A stretch of DNA of 64,000 bases. It comes from an uncultured delta proteobacterium. GTDB lineage: Bacteria; Desulfobacterota; Binatia; UBA9968. Within the stretch, counting starts at the first letter, position 1. The number at the start of each line of letters is the position of its first letter. The translations under genes were made by a program, and so were the position numbers. The notes under the pieces are model-generated. The model saw nothing but the letters and a program-made list of their open reading frames with translations. It was not told the DNA's origin and did no database searches. Of the stretch, positions 61,545-64,000 are shown piece by piece. The stretch spans positions 1 to 64,000 of the forward strand of contig CAWDPO010000011.1 of assembly GCA_963804165.1 (NCBI GenBank), written 5' to 3'.

Positions 61545-62768
61545 TGAACAGAGATAATCATAAGCGCCGGGGCGATCGAAATTCGCGCTGTAACTGGAGC
61601 CCGGCATCACTGTGTCCGAGGCATGCGCCATTCTTCACGGCGATGCTGTGCGGCGCGCCATCGTCATTGAGCCAAGTCACCGTTTCTCCTGAGGTCACTT
61701 CGAGAAGCGCGGGATTAAAAGCGAACCCACTGATCGTCACCCGCCGACTCGAAGATCGTTGCTGCGGTCGCTGCCGTTTGCACCACAATCTTTCGCGGCG
61801 CATTGCCGACTGGCGATATTGGTCACTGTGCCGCTCTCGAGATCGACGATGGACACATCGTTGGAGTCTTCGTTGGTCGTAAGCGCGGTTTTTCCGCCAG
61901 GCCCGCCCGCCACCCAATGGGGCCGCGAGCCGACTTTGATCGATTTCTCAACGCTGTTTGTCTGCGGATTGAAAACGGCGAGCAGGCTCGGGCCTTGAAC
62001 CGCGGTGAGACCGCGTTTGCCATCCGCCGTGAAGTTCGCGTAATGCGGCGAGACGCCCACAGGGATTTCGCCGACGATTTTATTGCCTGCTCGGATCGAC
62101 CACGACCACGGAATCAATGCCCGCCTGGGTGATATATAGGTGTCTTCCGCCGGGGCCGAACTCCAATCCGCGCGGGGTCTTTTCCAGAGGTACGCGTATT
62201 CGTGAGCTTGCGATCCGCCAGGTCGATGATCGCGAGCGAGAACTTGCCCGGTGATTGTGATCCAACATAGGCGAGCCGTCCATTTGGATGGACGGCGATG
62301 TTGTGCGGCTTGCCCACTGCAACGCTGCCGACCACTTTGCGAGTGGTGGTATCGATGAGAGCGACTGAATCGGTGTCGTACACCCCGACCAGGACAAACT
62401 TGCCGTCCGGGCTCGACTGCAACGCCGTGGGGGTTTTTGCCCACTTCGATGTTTTCGACCAGCTTGTCCGTCGCCGTATCGATGACGCTGACGGTCGATG
62501 CGCCGTCGCTGGCAACATAGACCCAGCGGTTATCGGCCGTAATGGCGATGCCATGGGGGCCGGGCGGAACCGGGATGGTTGCCGTGACTCGCTTCAGCTC
62601 AACGTCAATGACGCTGATCGTATTGTCCTTAAAATTGCCGACGTAAGCTTTAGGTCCGGCGGCGATGGCGGCACTGGCGGTGAGAAATATCGCTGCCAGT
62701 AACAGAATTGTAACCGAGCAGCCATTGCGAAAAAATGGGATTTGGTCAAAGTTGGCTTTTTGCGACAT
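61545..62768 (-). CDS. YVTN/YncE beta-propeller protein with a C-terminal cupredoxin-like segment, multiply frameshifted
   Basis: AYVGNFKDNTISVID..IPVPPGPHGIA repeats; TISGFAFNP.LEV..GETVTW.NDD.APHSI. The 3' end is uncertain. Confidence 0.72.
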
Positions 62769-62814
62769 GTCATCTACCTCAATGTAACTTAGAATTTGCA
62801 TGAGCTACTGGTAG

Positions 62815-62880
62815 GACTAGGGCAGAAATATTTTATTCCATGGCGTAATTTCGGGAATAATATCGTTTCCCGAATGGTCT
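62815..62880. promoter_or_regulatory. Back-to-back ECF sigma-type promoters
   Basis: Plus: GGAAT (62854)-N18-GTC (62877). Minus: GGAAT (62839)-N17-GTC (62817). Both begin GGAATAA. Confidence 0.6.
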
Positions 62881-62902
62881 ACATTATAATAGGGGAATCG
62901 GG

Positions 62903-63470
62903 TTGGATTCGGACAACAAGAAAGCTCGTTTCGAGAATAGCGTGTCGCCGCATGTCGATGCCGCGTACAATTTAGCCCGCTGGCTCACCCGCAACGAGCA
63001 CGATGCGCAGGATGTGGTCGCAAGAGGCGATGCTCCGCGCGTTTAAATTTTTCGATGGTTTTCGCGGCGCGGATGCGCGTTCATGGGTGCTCAAGATCGT
63101 CCGAAATACATGCTTCACATGGCTTCAGGCCAACCGTCCCAATGAGATCGTCGGAACCGTCCCGAATGAGTTGGACGAATTGCCAGACGTTACTGCCGCC
63201 GCCGTTCTGTTCCGGGTCGGCCGATGATCCGGAGACCCTCGCGCTGCGCCGGACTACGGCTGCACAGATCGATAAGGCGCTATCCGCATTGTCGGCCCCG
63301 TTGCTCGAAGTCGTCGTTTTGCGGGAGTTGGAAGGGCTCTCGTACAAGGAGATTGCAACGGTGATCGATGCGCCGATAGGGACAGTGATGTCACGGCTGG
63401 CGCGGGCTCGAGCGGAATCTGCGGCGTATTCTCGCCGGCTCGCAGTGTTTCGTGGGAGCAAGAAAATGAC
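62903..63470 (+). CDS. ECF RNA polymerase sigma factor, frameshifted
   Basis: PHVDAAYNLARWLTRNEHDAQDVV, EAMLRAF, SWVLKIVRN, LEGLSYKEIATVIDAPIGTVMSRLARAR; end approximate. Confidence 0.87.
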
Positions 63471-64000
63471 GCCGGAGACGAATGTGCGTGCTATTGCACG
63501 CCTATATTGACGGCGAACTCGATGCCGCCTCGACCATCGAGTTGGAGTCTCGGCTTAAGGCGTCCACGGCATTGCGGCAGGAATTGGCGCGCTTGACCGC
63601 TTTACAGCGGTCCGTGCAGAATCACGCCACGCGTTTCAACGCTCCGTCCGGCCTTACTGAAGGTTCGTTTGCGGAGATCCCCGCGGTTCAACCCAAAGCA
63701 ATTCCTGTCGGCGTTCCGCCTTGGTGGCGTACGCTCGCGATCGGAACGAGCATCGCTGCTGTGGCGCTTTTGGTTTGGAGTCTCTCTTCGATCTTTGTCG
63801 GTCGTGAAACGAATTCTGTCCAATTGGAGGAGGTCGTCAGCGCGCACGTCCGCTCTCTGCTCGCGGATCATCTGACGGATCTTGCGTCCGCGGAACGCCA
63901 CTCGGTCAAGCCGTGGCTGTCCAACCGTCTCGATTTCGCGCCGCCGGTTCTCGATCTCGCAAACGAAGGCTTTTCGCTCGCGGGCGGCCGGTTGGATTAT
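63466..64000 (+). CDS. Transmembrane anti-sigma factor (PrtR-like), partial at window end
   Basis: LLHAYIDGELD..., TM segment, EVVSAHVRSLLADHLTD..S..RHSVKPWL..RLDFAPPV.DL..EGFSLAGGRLDY. Confidence 0.82.

Overview
A GC-rich bacterial chromosomal segment, probably from a long-read metagenome assembly because many otherwise intact genes carry single-base frameshifts. The gene content (many orphan TctC/Bug and SsuA/NMT1-type binding proteins, UbiD, amidohydrolases, multi-GAF kinase) suggests a Candidatus Binatia/'Deltaproteobacteria'-type organism; this is inference only. It is mostly catabolic and transport genes: two UbiD decarboxylases, a ThDP enzyme, liv-type ABC, tctABC with CoA transferase and citryl-CoA lyase, creD-creB-creC-like, and an ECF sigma/anti-sigma pair. 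Features the ORF track misses: (1) two probable selenoprotein genes split at an in-frame UGA followed by a SECIS-like hairpin, namely a 553-aa UGSC-type U-S-T-C protein directly upstream of a thioredoxin reductase, and a GrdB-like protein that has lost the two Cys of the UxxCxxC motif, next to a GrdE-like subunit lacking the usual Cys residues; (2) two GIY-YIG nuclease genes and one truncated RAYT, each bracketed by its own inverted palindromic repeats, with an identical gene-less copy of one repeat 8.6 kb away; (3) a 250-bp TG...CA mini-element with Tn7/TnsB-like end architecture and a 5-bp target duplication; (4) an IS1182-family element inserted into one arm of a dispersed hairpin repeat; (5) many distinct intergenic hairpin or MITE repeat families. 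No rRNA, tRNA or CRISPR array was seen.
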